From NCBI GenBank assembly GCA_008632985.1, contig QPGO01000270.1, positions 1 to 64,000 of the forward strand: a stretch of 64,000 bases of DNA. Reading direction: 5' to 3'. Below, piece after piece: positions 37,047-50,806 of this stretch. Origin of the DNA: Psammoneis japonica (lineage: Eukaryota). Below the pieces are notes generated by a model, which saw only the letters and a program-made list of their open reading frames with translations, was not told the DNA's origin and searched no databases. Position 1 is the first letter of the stretch; each line of letters opens with the position of its first letter. The position numbers and the translations under genes were made by a program.

Positions 37047-39171
37047 ATGAGGTTTTCCCTACTTCTACCGGTACTTACACTCTTATCCTTCTCCAAGGAC
37101 GCTGTGGTCTTCTCGCGTGAAAGCGGTAAGTGTTGAACCTTGAACCGCGGTATCCGCCACAATCCGTTCCAGGATATAAAATCGCAACTCACGTGCATTT
37201 TATCTCCATTTGCCTCCCACCTATACAGGAAACTCCAAAGGTCGAGCTTTAAATGGAAGAAAACTCGAAGTCGTTGCTTCCGGAGTCTCAAAGCAAGTTC
37301 GCGATCTCCCGCCAATCAAGCGCAACCTCGACCACCTCGACCTCTCCAAAGTTGGCAACGAGTCTCTCGGCTATCGCCACTATCCCCTGTGGGACTACGT
37401 TCCACGTGATAAGACTGATGACAGCAAGTTGGAGGAGGATGGCGCGATTGACTTAGGCGAGGATGCATCCGGTATCCCTAGTCCACTGCTTTCTTTTGAA
37501 GGCATCAACCAAGTCGACAACGCAATTCTTTTTGGCCTTATTTTTTCTCCTTCTGATCCAGTAGGCGACGTCGGTCCTGATCATTATGTTCAAATGGTAA
37601 ATAATGCCTTTGCTATCTGGGACAAGGAAGGGAACATTGAAAAGGAACCTACCGCACTTGGCGATCTGTGGGAGGGGTTTTCTGTGCCAGATTGTGCTGA
37701 CAGCAACGGCGACCCGATTGTTCTGTACGACCAGTTTGAAGATCGATGGCTCTTGACGCAGTTCACAACAGCGGGTCCATTCTTTTACAATTGTGTTGCA
37801 ATCTCTAGGACTGGAGATCCTCTTGGTGACTTCAACTTGTACGCATTCCAATCGCAAGACGATCCCAGTGATGACACAATTGGAATTTTTCCAGACTATC
37901 CAAAGTATGGCGTTTGGACGGACTCGTATATTTTGACAACACGAGACTTTGGCATTGGAGACAACAGCTACTTTGGTGTCAGTATATATGCCTTGGAAAA
38001 GAGCAAGATGGTGGCAGGAGATCCTAATCCCGGTGTAGTAAGATTCTCTCAGCAGCAATCCGATGGACCAAATGGGTTTAAAATTGGTGACGGACTTAGC
38101 ATTCTCCCTCCCGATATTGATGGCGACAAACTTCCACCGCCAGGAGCACCTGCGCCTCTTATCTCAGAGCAGGATGATCTTTTTCCTTTCAATGAATTTG
38201 ATGGAGTGAATATCTGGGAATTAACAGTGGATTGGAGCAAAGTTGAAGCAATGTTAATTGTGAAAGAATCCCTCAAGGTTGCATCATTTGCTATTGATTT
38301 ATGCCCAACTTTTACTAAAGACTGCATTGAACAGCCGGGTTCGGATCAAAAGTTGGATGCACTTACGCAATTATCGATGCATCGATTTGCCTATCGTAAC
38401 TTCGGCTGTCTTGAGTCAATGGTTGTGTCTTCGGCAGTCAAGGCGAGGGAGAACGTAGGTGAGCTACAAATGATTCTTCATTTCCACAGGATTGTCAATT
38501 GTCAACATGTTGTCTAACGCGATATTTGCTACCTTGAAGCTGGTATGCGGTGGTATGAGATTCGTAGGATCGATGGCGAGTACACGATTCACCAGCAGAG
38601 CACTTTTTCTCCGGACGATGGGAAGAATCGTTGGATGGGCAGCGTGGCTCAGGACGGTGCGGGCAACATTGCAATGGGGTATAGTGTCACTGATCCTGAG
38701 GATGAAGTAACTGGATATCCAGGAATTCAGTACACGGGTCGTCTGCTCAATGATCCGTTAAACAAGATGACTCTTGGCGAGGCTGTTTTGGCCACAGGAT
38801 TAGCCGCGCAAGAAGGTAGTAATCGCTGGGGGGATTACTCCTCAATGAACATTGACCCAGTGGATGACTGCACCTTTTGGTACACGAACAATTATGTTCC
38901 ACCTCTGCAAGCCTCATTTAGCATTCCAGTTTGGAACAGTCGGATTGGGAGCTTCACTTTGCCGGGTTGTCTAAAAAAAACAGGGAAAATGAGTGGCAAA
39001 AAAAGCAGCAGCTCAAAGAGCAGTAGCTCAAAGAGCAGCCGCTCAAAGAGCAGCCGCTCAAAGAGCAGCCGCTCAAAGAGCGGTGGTAAAAAGGGCCGCA
39101 ACAACCCCGTCTGCGAGAGTTTAAGGGGCAAAGGAGGAAAGAAAGGCAAGTCATCCAACAAATCACGGTGA
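37047..39171 (+). CDS. Secreted protein with a bacterial-type domain (P.D.VGDVGPDHYVQMVN ... RWGDY) and a Ser/Lys-rich tail; introns 37126-37228 and 38459-38539
   Basis: Signal peptide MRFSLLLPVLTLL; GT-AG splicing keeps the frame; GDPIVLYD, FPDYPKYGVW, AGMRWYEIR, RWMGSVA, DDCTFWYTN. Confidence 0.85.
39001..39081 (+). repeat. Coding 15-bp minisatellite (KSS[S/R]S) x5
   Basis: aagagcagccgctca repeats. Confidence 0.9.
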
Positions 39172-39499
39172 GTTCATGCTAGATTGTTTAATCCTTGGCC
39201 TCGGCCAAAACTGTGATAGATGCATTTATAGTAGTAGCAGCTGTGCTAGCTACGGCACTTGTAGCTGCTTCAAACAACATTTTGGCTGATGTTGGATGAA
39301 GTTGAAAATGATAACGTCTCGCCACATTGAGAAGAAGTGAGTTGAGCAACTCCTCATGTGCCAAGCGCAGAAACAGCTTGTGCTGGTGTGAGCTTGCCTT
39401 GCTGACATTGTCAGTTCAATGCAACATAATGCAAGCTGTAGATCAGATGCACTGAAAAGTGTGCTAATTAGGAGTGGGGATATGCTGCAGATCAGACAC

Positions 39500-42400
39500 A
39501 CTGTAAAAGTGTGCTCATTGGGTGTGGGGATGCAAGCCATGTGATTGCGTCACCCCTGCATGGTCCGGCCATCTTCCAGACACCAGGTGTCAAGCCTGCT
39601 TGTGGTTTGTTGTTGCATGTGATGCCTGTGAACGCTGCTTCTTGTACATGCCATTGCTCTTGCGGTGGCAGTTGCCATGACAATTTGTGAGGGTCCAGAG
39701 GTCATTGTGGCCTCTTGCTGTGGCAGTTGCCATGACAATTCGTCAGGGTCCAGAGGTCATTGTGGCCATTGTCTCCACCTGTGCTGTGTCCAACATGGTG
39801 GAATGTTCTCACTCAAGAACAACAACTGTGAGTGGTTTGTGATCTCATTTGCAACACCTCCAAGCCCTTTCAATTCTTTTTTCTGTCCCATCTCACCTGA
39901 CTTTCTGACCCAACCATGCGGGCAATTCTTTCACATGCGTGGCCAAACAAAAGAAAGTGAAAAAAATGGGGGATTCCACAAACAAGGCTGGAGATTCATT
40001 GGCTAAATTTTTGTTTTCTGGGTGGTTGCTGCAGGCACAAAAGGTGAGTGCATGTTGCAGCTGCAGGGTCAGACCATGTGAAACAGAGTGGTGTGCACCA
40101 CCAAGCTCCAAGCTGAGCACCCAAGACAAGCTTTGAGCCAAGAAGCCCAGGGCACCAGCCACCACCTTCACCTCTGCTGCATCCCACAGGTGCTCTCCTT
40201 TTGCAGCATTGTGCTTGTGGATGACAAAAAGCAACAATGGAGTGGTCTGTCTTGGTCAGTGTGCAGTGTCACTGGCATCAGAGGAACAGCTTGGGACATG
40301 TGTTTGGGTCACAATCCAATGTGATTTTGTGAGAGCTCACATGCAGAGACAAGTGTGGTGACAGAAGAAAGGCAAGAGTGTTGCAACACAAGCCACACAA
40401 TGCTGCATCTGCATTCATTTGCTTTGTCAGAGCCAAAGTCTGTTGTTGAGCATCTGAGTGTGACAAAGTCATCATTGCATGGGCATGAAAGAAAATGGCA
40501 TGTGCAGCCATTCATTGCTGTGCAGAGTCACATGGGTGTCAGCCGCAGAAACAGTGCTGGATTCTGCGTGTGCGCATTGCACAGCATCAGATTTTTGCAA
40601 TGAGTGCAAGCCAACAATGAGAATCACTGTGCAAATTAATTGGCTCTCAACATGTGTGCAAGGTGTCGAACATGGCAGTGTGGGGCAGTGAGCACAGAGC
40701 ATGTGCTCACTCAGACAAAATGGCATGGGGTGGCCTCTCATTGCCAGTTGACTGTGTGCATCTGTTGCCACAGTGCTCACAGAGCACCCAGTCTCCCATC
40801 CATGCCCGCTGTGAAATTCTCACAGTCACTGCAATTTGATTGTCTTTGTGACATGGGAGACATGGCAGCAGCAGCTCAAGCTCAGGCAGCGTTGGTGGCT
40901 GGTGCCAGCAGTGGATGTTGTTGACAATGTTCTGCAGACATGCGACATTGCCAACATCAATGCAAGAGCTTGCTTGGTGTGCCATGATGGATTTGCGACT
41001 TTGGAAAATGCTGCAGTTGTGAAAGGCAACTTGGACGTGGAAGACATGGCAAACAGAGTTGGTCTTTGTGCTGACCAGGATGGGAGAGCAACTCTTGATG
41101 CTGTTCAAATTAAAATTTGCAAGCTTTGGTCTGGTGGCTCAATGACTGTCAGAAGCACAACTTTGCATTGGATGCAGCACTGTTTAATCAGGTGGCACTG
41201 GCTGGTGCTTGCCAGAAGAAATGCGCTGAAAAAGACATGTTTGAATCTGAGGTGTTGGTCAGTTCCTTGCTGGCATTCACGTCAGAGGACTTTGATGTGA
41301 TGGAGGATGCATTGTGAACCTCTTGTCACAGAAGATTGGGGTGTTGAAAGAACCACTGTGTTGTGTGACAAGGCCAGATGGCAGTTCCGGCCACATTTGC
41401 TGACGCTGTTGAGGAGTGCATGCATCAATTGAGTTTGAATGGGATGGCATTCGACCAGGACAATCTTGCTGTGTTGTGTCTGCTAAAAGCCCACCTGGTG
41501 TGCACGGAAGTGGCTGCTTGTGATTGAAGCCTGTGCAGTGCAGAGAACAGGAGGAATCTGTTTTGGGCATGAGCAGACCACTGCAATGGACAGGGAGAGC
41601 TTGGCAAGTGCACTCAGCTGGCATCAGCAAACATCAAGTTGCTGCATTGTGAGAACAAGCACCACTTGTCATTTGAACGGCACATGGCAAAACTTGCCAG
41701 TGCACACTTGCAACCTTGGCAAAGGATGAGGACCAGTGTGCTGAGACAGACAGGCAGAAAGTTGAGTTTGTGCAAAGGGCATTGAGACCAACAATGTTCT
41801 GCTGCAGGCTTGCATTCCTGTGATCAGCCAGCAATGTCCTTGTGGCTTCCCTGGCGCATGTGCACTCTTCTCTGCTGAAGTTTCTTGTTTGCATGGCGCA
41901 TCTCAGTCAGAGGTTCAGTGTCGTTTGAAGATCAACCACCAACCTTGAATCCCACTTTGTCACAAAGGACCACCTTGCTGACATGATCAAGGAGCAAGCA
42001 ACTGGAATGCCCAAAGGCACAACTTGTCTTGCATGATGATGCCTTGCAAGTTCTGGCTGGGCAAATCAAGACAGTTGCCAATGCCTCAGAGCCCGCTTGT
42101 CTTGTGGTTGCAGGGTTTCAGAAAGAACTCGGGGCAAATGTTGTTTGTCCACCCCTGCACAGGATGCAACCAAGGCTCCCACCCCTTTGGATCCAAGTCC
42201 TGCAGTTGCAAAATGCATTGTCTCAGTCTTGGATGGTCTTGCGGATCAACTTGCTGGTTCCTCTGATTTGCCTTCTTCACCGGGTGCCCTGATGTTGGGC
42301 ACAACCTCTGTGACTCCTGACAAAGCTGCCTCCTCATTGGAATGGTGCCACAACACCAAAACATTCAGAGAGACTCCTGGGCCATTTCTTTGCTCCATGG

Positions 42401-45400
42401 ACCCTGAGATGACATTGCTGTCTTTCTGAAAAGCATCCACACCCAGTGCGCCCAGGCCAACATTCCTCTTTGGGACCCTGACACACTGGTTGGGGACAAT
42501 TCAAATTTCTGCAGGCCAATGCTTGTGAGTGTGACTCACTGCCAACTGCTTTGCTGTTGAGATCCACTTGAAATTGGTGCAGGATGATGGCCTTCCCGAT
42601 CCCTGATCATGCAATGGCTGGAAAAAGATCCATGCAGTGTCTGTGGATGGTTTTGCTGTTCTTAATCACATTGCATCTCTTGGTCTTCCCAAACTGACTG
42701 GGAAGGTGGTGGATGCTCCATCTTGGAAGGGCAATCCATGTGAAATAGGTGGCCAATTTTGCTGCACATTTTGCAGTGGCTGAAGCTTTGGCTGCTAAAA
42801 CTGACCCGTCTGCACCACCAGTCTGCTCAAAATGTCACAAATCTGTGAAATTGCTGGAAGCTGTTCCCGCTGGCATGTGCAAACCAGTTCTTCTCCTCAA
42901 ACACCATTTGAGTGAACTCGGTGACTCCACACGCCACTGCTTCATGACTTGCAACTCATCTCTCTGACAACCCAGATTGACCCCAAGCATGCTGCCAATG
43001 CAGATCCTGTGGGCTCCCTGAGTGTGTTTCATGGCCGCCACCAGTGTGGCCACCAGACTCCTTTGCCCAACTGTCAGCACAACCCACTCCAACCCTGGAA
43101 AGATTTGACATGCAATGCTTGTGGTGCATGTGGACACAGTTGCTGCAATTGTCTTGTTCCAGATGGATTTGGAGCATCTCACGGCTTTGCAGCTTTTGGT
43201 CACTCTGGTTTTCTTTGCCAAGCCACAAGTGTCTGTCCCACAAATGCTTTGCAATGAGTGCTCATTGGAAAGGAACTCCCAGACAAAAGCCAAAACTGCT
43301 GCTGATGTGTTGCTTCAGACGGATTTTGAACATCTGATGCCTTTGCGTTGTCTTTCTCATAAATGTTTGCAATGACTGTGTCAGCATGATGAAAGCAAAA
43401 AGCACTGTTTTCTCAATGCACAAATGGAAACACACAACTCCCAACAATTGGCTTGCAACATCCAACTTTGCATCAAACAATGTCTGGTGTCCAGTCATCC
43501 ACACACAACAAACACAACTGCCACTCCATGCTGCTGTGGTGTCACAATGCACAACACATTTCATTCCTTGTCATCAACAGAGCAACAGGACAACATTCAT
43601 CATCAACAGCTTCATCATTTGCTGTTGCAGTGCCTTGGCTTTGCAGAGCAAGTGCCACATGCTCACTCTCATCTGTTTGGTGGCAAAGTTGCAATGTCAC
43701 AGACTCTGTGGAGCCATGCAGCACTCATCCTTCTGTTTGTTGGACCATCAACCAATCATTGTCACAGCCATGTGAGATGCCATGGTGTCTCAAAAACTGC
43801 ACAGTTTCTTGTGTGTGGCACAGTGGTTGATGGTTGACGAGGGTGCTGTTTTTGTGCTGTCACCATTTGGGGCAGGCTTCACACCAGTTTTGAAGAGCAC
43901 TTGATCTGTGAGTTTGTCTCCTCATGTTGCTCCTCCTTGAGTTTCCTGACTCCTTGTGGCTGCCTTGAGTCTTCTTAGAATTGTCCAAGGACAGGCACCT
44001 TTTTGCCTCAAGGATTGATTTTGGCATGGCATTCACTTTTTTTTTTTTTTAGCTGACCATTTGCCTCCATTTTGGCTCTTTCACCAGGCACTCCTGCTTG
44101 CATTTCAAGAAGCACTTGAAGCTTTGGCCTTGTGCATCCTTTGTCATGGTTTTTGCCAGACTTCTTCTTGAAAGCGGCATTCATTTCCTTCACCTTCTCA
44201 TGCATGTCATTTTTTTCTTTACAAGGGCACTGCACTTGAGGAACATTTCAGCACAAAAATCTTCCTTTTTTGCGGTTGGTGCCAATCAATCCATTCACAG
44301 TCATGGTGACACATGCCTTGGTTGTTGGGATGTCTTTGGCTTTAGAGAAATTCAGGCTTTTCTTTTTGATGTGCACAGATTCTTCCTTGACAGCATTGAA
44401 CTGGGCAGGGATCATGACATCTTCATCAGAATCATTGAATGACTAGAAGTTGTCATCATCTGCCTGAAGTTGAGCACTCCTCACCTCCAGAGCCATCTTG
44501 ACATGCAGAGGCATCTCCCTGCTGTTCTCAGCTGCATGTTTGGCTGCAAGTTCCTCAGCTTTTTGGGGGGCTTCAACTGCAGTGTGTGGTGCCACAATGC
44601 AGTGGACACTGTTGCAACAACACAGGCCAAAGTCTGCACCACAGAGACAGTGTGCCTGGCAATCTGATTTCTGTGATGCACCAAGCTCAAATGTTGTTAG
44701 AGGGAGAAAGCCTGCAAGGATTCTGCATCCCTTTTGCACTGAAAATTTGCAATTTTTGTTTGCAGTTCTGGAAGTGGATTGCACCCAAGGCCTGATTTGT
44801 GACTCACTTTCATGAGCCGCAAATCCAAAAAGGGTCATCGCACAAAAAATGTCAATCTCATTTGCATGCAAAGATGTGCACACACAGGTTCACATTTGCA
44901 ACTCACTGGCAAAGATGCTCTCAGCTGTGGTTGTCACCACAAAGACAAAAAGCACACCCGTCTAAACCAAACAATGTGGGAATTGCCCCGCGCACTCATG
45001 TTTTTGTTCCTTCCCCTGAACCCTTTCAGTTGTTCTTTCCCACCAAATTGCTTCATTTTCAAGGTGTTTTCCAAAAGGGTGAGGTGATTTCCCCTTGCCC
45101 TTGCCATTTTGGGGAATCCCCAAATGAGCAAAACCAAACTGAGGTGTGCAGAGAGAAAGTGCCTTGATCTCAATCTTCACACTGATCGATGATGGTGCTC
45201 CAGTCATCTCTTGGCTGGCCTGTGTCAACAAGCGGTCAATTGGATGGAAATGTGGGGTTCCTTCTGCAACATTGCAGGAATTGAAGTGTTCTTCAAATTG
45301 CTTGAAGAAAGCAAGATTGTCCCTGGGATGGCGCTCCAGATGCATGTGGGAATCCGTGTGACATGCATGTTGAGCCCGTGGAATTCTGCGCACAAGCTCC

Positions 45401-46100
45401 GCAGCAAAATTGTTCAGTGATTGACACATCAATGATTGCCAACAGAACAAGGGGCAATTTTGCAAATGCACAAACTCATCTGTGATTTAAGAAATGTCAT
45501 TTTTTGCTCATCTTGGTGCACTCTCATTGTGCTGAACAACACAGCTGGCACATTGATGTTCCCGCAAATGTGTTGAAGAATGACCAGTCTTGGCTTTCGC
45601 AAAACAGGGAGTGTGGAACAATTCTGTGAAAGAAAACATGCAAAAATGTGTGTGCAAAAATGCAAAAGAAAATGAACAACAGCTGTGTCACACATCAGCA
45701 CCGGCACACCAAGCTCTCACCTCTCGTCCAGCACACACACCACTTCAACAATGGACTTGAGCCCACCAGGCAGGATCATTGAGATCAACTGGGGACTTGA
45801 ACAACACAAAATGATCTTTGCAAAGTTCTTTGCTTGTTTGTTCTGGGCAAACAAGATGGAAAGAACAGCTTTCGGCTGACGTGCTTGGTCAGGACAATTC
45901 TTTGAACTTGCTGGAAATGTCAGAGAGAGGCTTCGTGGAAGCAAGGAATGAGATGGATTTTGGGGGAGCACAAATTTGCTGTGCCCAACAGCACCAAGTG
46001 ACAGTTGATGATGTGGTTGTTGTGCTGTTGGATGCTCGAATTGTGAGACGAGATAGAACAGATCTCTCCAAGTGGCAGCCAGAGCCACTCTCTCAGTTAT
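39500..46100. repeat. Old, heavily decayed repeat/pseudogene block depleted of both TpA and CpG
   Basis: TG/CA-saturated sequence; no family confidently recognised. Confidence 0.6.
45327..45725 (-). mobile_element. Diverged MITE relative, reverse orientation
   Basis: ctccagatgcatgtgggaatccgtgtgaca... matches the reverse complement of the MITE 3' end; tgtgtcacacatcagcac matches the 5' part. Confidence 0.7.
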
Positions 46101-46941
46101 CTCGTAGGAATGTGTGTGGTGCTTGAAGCAGCAATCAGAAACCGAACCCAACAGATGTGTAATAAGTCATTTACAAGACTTATTACAAGAGCTATAAGTC
46201 ATTGAAAAGATTCATTGATAGCGAGAATGACTTATTGATCGCTGAAAAACATGTATGTACCGGTATAAGACACGCGAGTGTTTTTACGTACTCAGACATG
46301 GCAGCCAGACATGCACGGCATACCGGTACGGTAGAGAATAGCGCTCCCATGCCATTCGAGGAGATGACAAGCAGATTGATGTTGAGAACACTATGATTCG
46401 ATACAATGACATAACGACAAGGATGGGGCTGAGAACCCGAGTGTCATTGTCGATGAGGGTAGAATTTGAGAACGCAAGTGTCAACGATCCCATAAAAACA
46501 AAGCATAAGCAATGCTCACTTTCAAAACATCAAAGGTGAGCCCTCTTTCCACAGCGTAGCAATAACAATCCTTGATGATACCCCCGCACTCCTTTCTAGA
46601 GCCAGTCCAGTGCTGCATGGATGGAGGAAAATCATTTTTTTCTCAGAAAAGCAGGCGGCGTCGCATCTCTTTCCATGTGCAGGATGCCCGGCTTCTCATC
46701 ATTTTGTCTTTCGAACATGATACGCTCTCTCATAATGTGTTGCTGTTCTTCCTCCAAATGCTATACACACTCACATAATCGATAAACAGGGAGATTCGAC
46801 AAGCAGAACTAGGCGAAAGTTTCAATTGTATACAAGGCAACCAACCCTAACTCTCACTTCTTCAGGTTCTCACAAAGTTCACGTCTCATAGCAAGGTCCC
46901 AAGACGCTTAGTCTCATACTCAACTCTCTCCGAACACACCC

Positions 46942-48337
46942 ATGAAAGGCAAGAAGGCTATCCTCGAGCTTTTGCTCATTCTCGTGGCTGCGTCCATCCA
47001 GGATGCCGGCGGTGAGTGAGAAGACGATTGCTGAGAATCCTCTTTCGACGCGACTACTTGCGAACCCCTTCCAACTACATGATGATTGGGAGATCAGAGA
47101 TGAAGACTTTTGTATGCTTACTCGTGTCTTTTTCTTTCCAATGCATCTGCAGGCCAGGTGCTTGCCCCGAAATCATTTCTCGAGGGTCCAGTCCATCACA
47201 GTCTCCGAGGCGAGGTAAGCCCGTGGATGGCTTGAACCAGGTCTGGCTGACACGAACACCCGATTGATTGCTGTTTTCGTTTCGTCCTTGCATCCCAAGA
47301 CGACGAATATTGACGACAACAAGGAGGAACACCGCTCCTTGGCTGTACCCCCTGGCACTGTGTACAGCTTTACCTTGGTCAATGCCGACACCAATACCGA
47401 CATTGGTCCACTGGAAGACGGTGACATTATCAACTTGGCCGAAGTAGGCACGAAACTCAACGTCCGTGCCAATGTGGACACCACTTTAGGTATTGATGGC
47501 GGCTCTGTGGAGTTTGATCTGAACGGCATTCTTCGCATTGAAAATATGAAGCCCTACGCTCTCTTTGGCGACGACCATGGAAATTACCACCCGGGAACCT
47601 TTCCTCTCGGTGAGAGCAACTTGAAGGCAACGTACTTTGCATTTGACGATGCCATGGGCGGCTCTGGAAGTACGTTGGAAATTTCCCTTTCCACTATTCA
47701 GGGAGCCAAGTGCAACGCCGAAATCATCGATTTTACCACGACAGGAGGCGGCGCCCCCCTTCCAGCAGGCACATACGTGAATGCGGACTGGGCTGCGCAA
47801 GGCTTAAAAGAGGTGTACGCATCCCTATCTCCAGGTAGTGGATTTGGGCCCCCAGTGCCAAGTTCACCGCCTCCGCCTCAGTACCCTCATGGTGCACCGC
47901 GCATCCTTGACACCAGATTCCCTGGAGCCAATCCTGACCTGGGCAGTCCTAACGCGGCCTTTGGCGGTCCCGGTGTTGGATTGGGCGGAGCAGGGCCCGG
48001 ACCAGGTGAAAATCGCTTTTCTCAAGGCAACGTGCTCATCGTTCAAGAAGCGCCCGGGGTCGACAATAGTGCTTCATCTCCATTTTTTGTCTTTGTCTTT
48101 GACAAGCCAGTCAAGTTACACTCCATTGTTCTCATGGGCGGCGGAGACCGCCGAGGGCCGCAGATCGTTATCCGTAAAACTTTTCCTGGGCATGCTCCAC
48201 AGGTTTTGGAATACGGTCACGGTTATGGCGACAATTCTGTGGACCCTCTTGATTTTGGAGATGGAGTCCAGGTCCAAGAGCTCAACATTATTTTCCCTGA
48301 CCCTGGCGCCGTGTCGAAACTCGTTTACTGCCGTTAG
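46942..48337 (+). CDS. Secreted two-module protein; introns 47012-47152 and 47215-47299
   Basis: Signal peptide; in-frame GT-AG splicing; module SFTLVNADTN..I...GSVEF.LNG..RIEN..PYALFGD; module NPDLGSPN..FGGPGVG.GG...GNVLIVQE. Confidence 0.8.
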
Positions 48338-49048
48338 GGCGAATGAGTGGACGAAGAACCGAAGGCGACATTTAGCTTACGCATCATGAGAATCGTTGTC
48401 GAGAAAATACTATGCCATTGAAAAAAAAGAAAAATTAGCTAGTCAAGTAGTCTTCGGTAAGAATGGTAGAACAAAAGAACCGTAAGTTTCAAAGAATATG
48501 TTCGAGACTCGATCAGAGACCGACTGAATGGTGCTTGGCAAGCGTGGACGATCGAAAGGCATCCGATTGCTTGTCACAGCCATGGGAAATGGTAGTCGAT
48601 ATGCCAACCTTTATTGAAATAGCTGCGGTACTCTTGCGAGATGGTGTTCTCCCGCATCACCAGCACTTGCATAGTTATTATAGGCTGGATACTCAGCACT
48701 CCCATCAACACTTTCACGTTCATCCAGCCTAGTGTGGGGAATTTCTTTTGTGTAATATCAGTGTATAAGTACAAGCTTAGCACACTGACCTTGGTAGTTT
48801 GCCCGCCTTGACAGATTGATTCACAACCAAGACAGTGCATCTCAAGCTGCCTCTCTTTTAAAAAGCCTTGTCTTGATTTATTTGGTGTGGGAAAGTATCG
48901 TACCACTGGAAGGAGAAAGCCAATTCAAGTGTACATTTGTTTGTTCCACAGAAACTTGCGTACAGTTTATGATGATCAAATGTTACATAAGGCATGAATT
49001 TATACAATATATGCAAAGAATGCAGTCAATCCTGATCGGATGATATTC

Positions 49049-50335
49049 CTATTCTGTCTTTTTCTTCTTTGCTGCCGAGGCCTCAGCTCCGGCAGCCATT
49101 GCAGCTTTCGCCGATAACTTCTTCTTTTTTCGCTTCGACACTGGCACAAGACAAGGGTTGTTGAGTAAGTCGGGACGAACCATGGTCGGATTTCGGCGCA
49201 GCAGCTCAAAGGAATTGTTGAGATTGTTCAAGCTCCGGTAGTTGATAGAAGTCTTGTAAGACTACCTCGCAAATTCATGTCGTCTCTATACCAGCTATAA
49301 GTGACTCCTGCTGTGTCAAGAAATGGAGGAAACCTCTCTTTTGCCTCAAACGATTCCAGGACTTGCGGGTTTGAATGAACCAAATCGCGGATAACGGGTT
49401 CCCATTGAAAACCCAGACGCAGGGCCGAAAAGATTGGGTTTGAGCCTTTTGTTATCGTCTTGTTCAACATATTTTTCGGGCAGTACTGCATGAAGGTTTT
49501 CCACTTTGTCTCAAGATCCTCGCACTCTGTCAGACAATATAAAACGCAGCAAGTCACAGAATTTGTGTCACACAATTTTTCGTGGTCATATGGTACGTTC
49601 CAATACCTCCCTCCCTTTCTCTTCTTCTGTAGACATTTCGCCATAACTTTGAGATAACGGTAGAACAGCATGAATCTCTCGTGATTCAGGTTTTTGAACG
49701 AAATATATACAAGCGGTTCAGCATCATTCTCTTCTTCGTCGTCGTCGTCTTCGAAAAAGCTTTCCGTAAATATAGAATCTAGCTCTTCATCCTCCCGCAC
49801 ACGCTTGAGCGCATACATGAGAACTTTTGCCGGAAGGGGCTGTTCGCCAGAGAAATTTTGTGCGACTACCCGCTCCACGGCTGGTGGGCACGCATTAAGT
49901 GTTGTCTTGATTTGCTCACTTTCTGGATGGGCATTCTCAATAAAAAAATTGATTAGAGAATCAGCATGTCCGTCGCATGGCTCGAGTGCCATCTTCCAAT
50001 CCCGGTCTGCTCTGACACGAAGCATCATCTCCAAAATACGCGGCGAAATTTTTGCCGGTTCAGGGTGCATTGACATCATCCAATGAAATGCACTCCAACC
50101 ATGATCAGCTTCTCGGAAATCCAGTGCATCTGGATTCAGCTCCAGCAGCCGCCAGACAACATTTGCAGGCACACCCGGATGGAGGATTGCGCAATGGAGA
50201 GGATGTGCTCCACTCAATGCACAATCTTCCATGGTGCCAGCTGCGTCAAAGTCATCCGTCAATGCCATTTCCGGCACTCGATTTAAGTCTTGCAAGAACT
50301 CTTTCCAGTGGATGTTGACTTGATGGAAAGGTTCT
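49049..50335 (-). pseudogene. 3' part of a host gene (ankyrin-like / LRRNP-type C-terminus) split by Copia element 2
   Basis: HPLHCAI, GWSAFHW, NNSFELLRRNP; reading frame continues across the TSD into 58553+; frameshift near 49270. Confidence 0.75.
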
Positions 50336-50806
50336 GGTCGAAGCTCGCGTGTCCGCGCAAGCTCCGAGTGCCTTCCAACGTGTCGACTGGATGTCCACTC
50401 CAGATCGACACCTCAGGCAGAATGCAAGCAGATGGAGTCTGCTGACGAGCAGCAGTGGGCATTTGGTCTTTCACAAAAGTGCTGCTGACCAAATTGTGAG
50501 CTGCCTGGACTGAATCTGCTGAATGCACCCAAACAGAGGTTGATCCGCAGGCTTGTGCTAGAGACCAGCACAAACCTCAGGGTCAACCACATTCACAGCA
50601 ATCATCCAAACACTGCCGAACCGATCTGTGGTTGGTCCAACATCTGTGCAAAGCCTGTGATCTCCAAAGCACCGCCTGTGATCCCCAAAGCACTCGGCTT
50701 GAGAATCAAGTCGACGTGGCGCGAAAAGAATTTTGACAAGAATTCCGACTGATGGAAGCACAGACACAACAGAGAATCTGGGTCGGTGGACAGATGAACC
50801 ACGACT
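50336..50806 (-). repeat. 3' LTR of Copia element 2
   Basis: Direct repeat of 58076-58547. Confidence 0.93.

Noticed and set aside
40830..44900. Decayed coding-like tracts (possible gag-like and host-gene remnants)
   Set aside because: No motif recognised with confidence.
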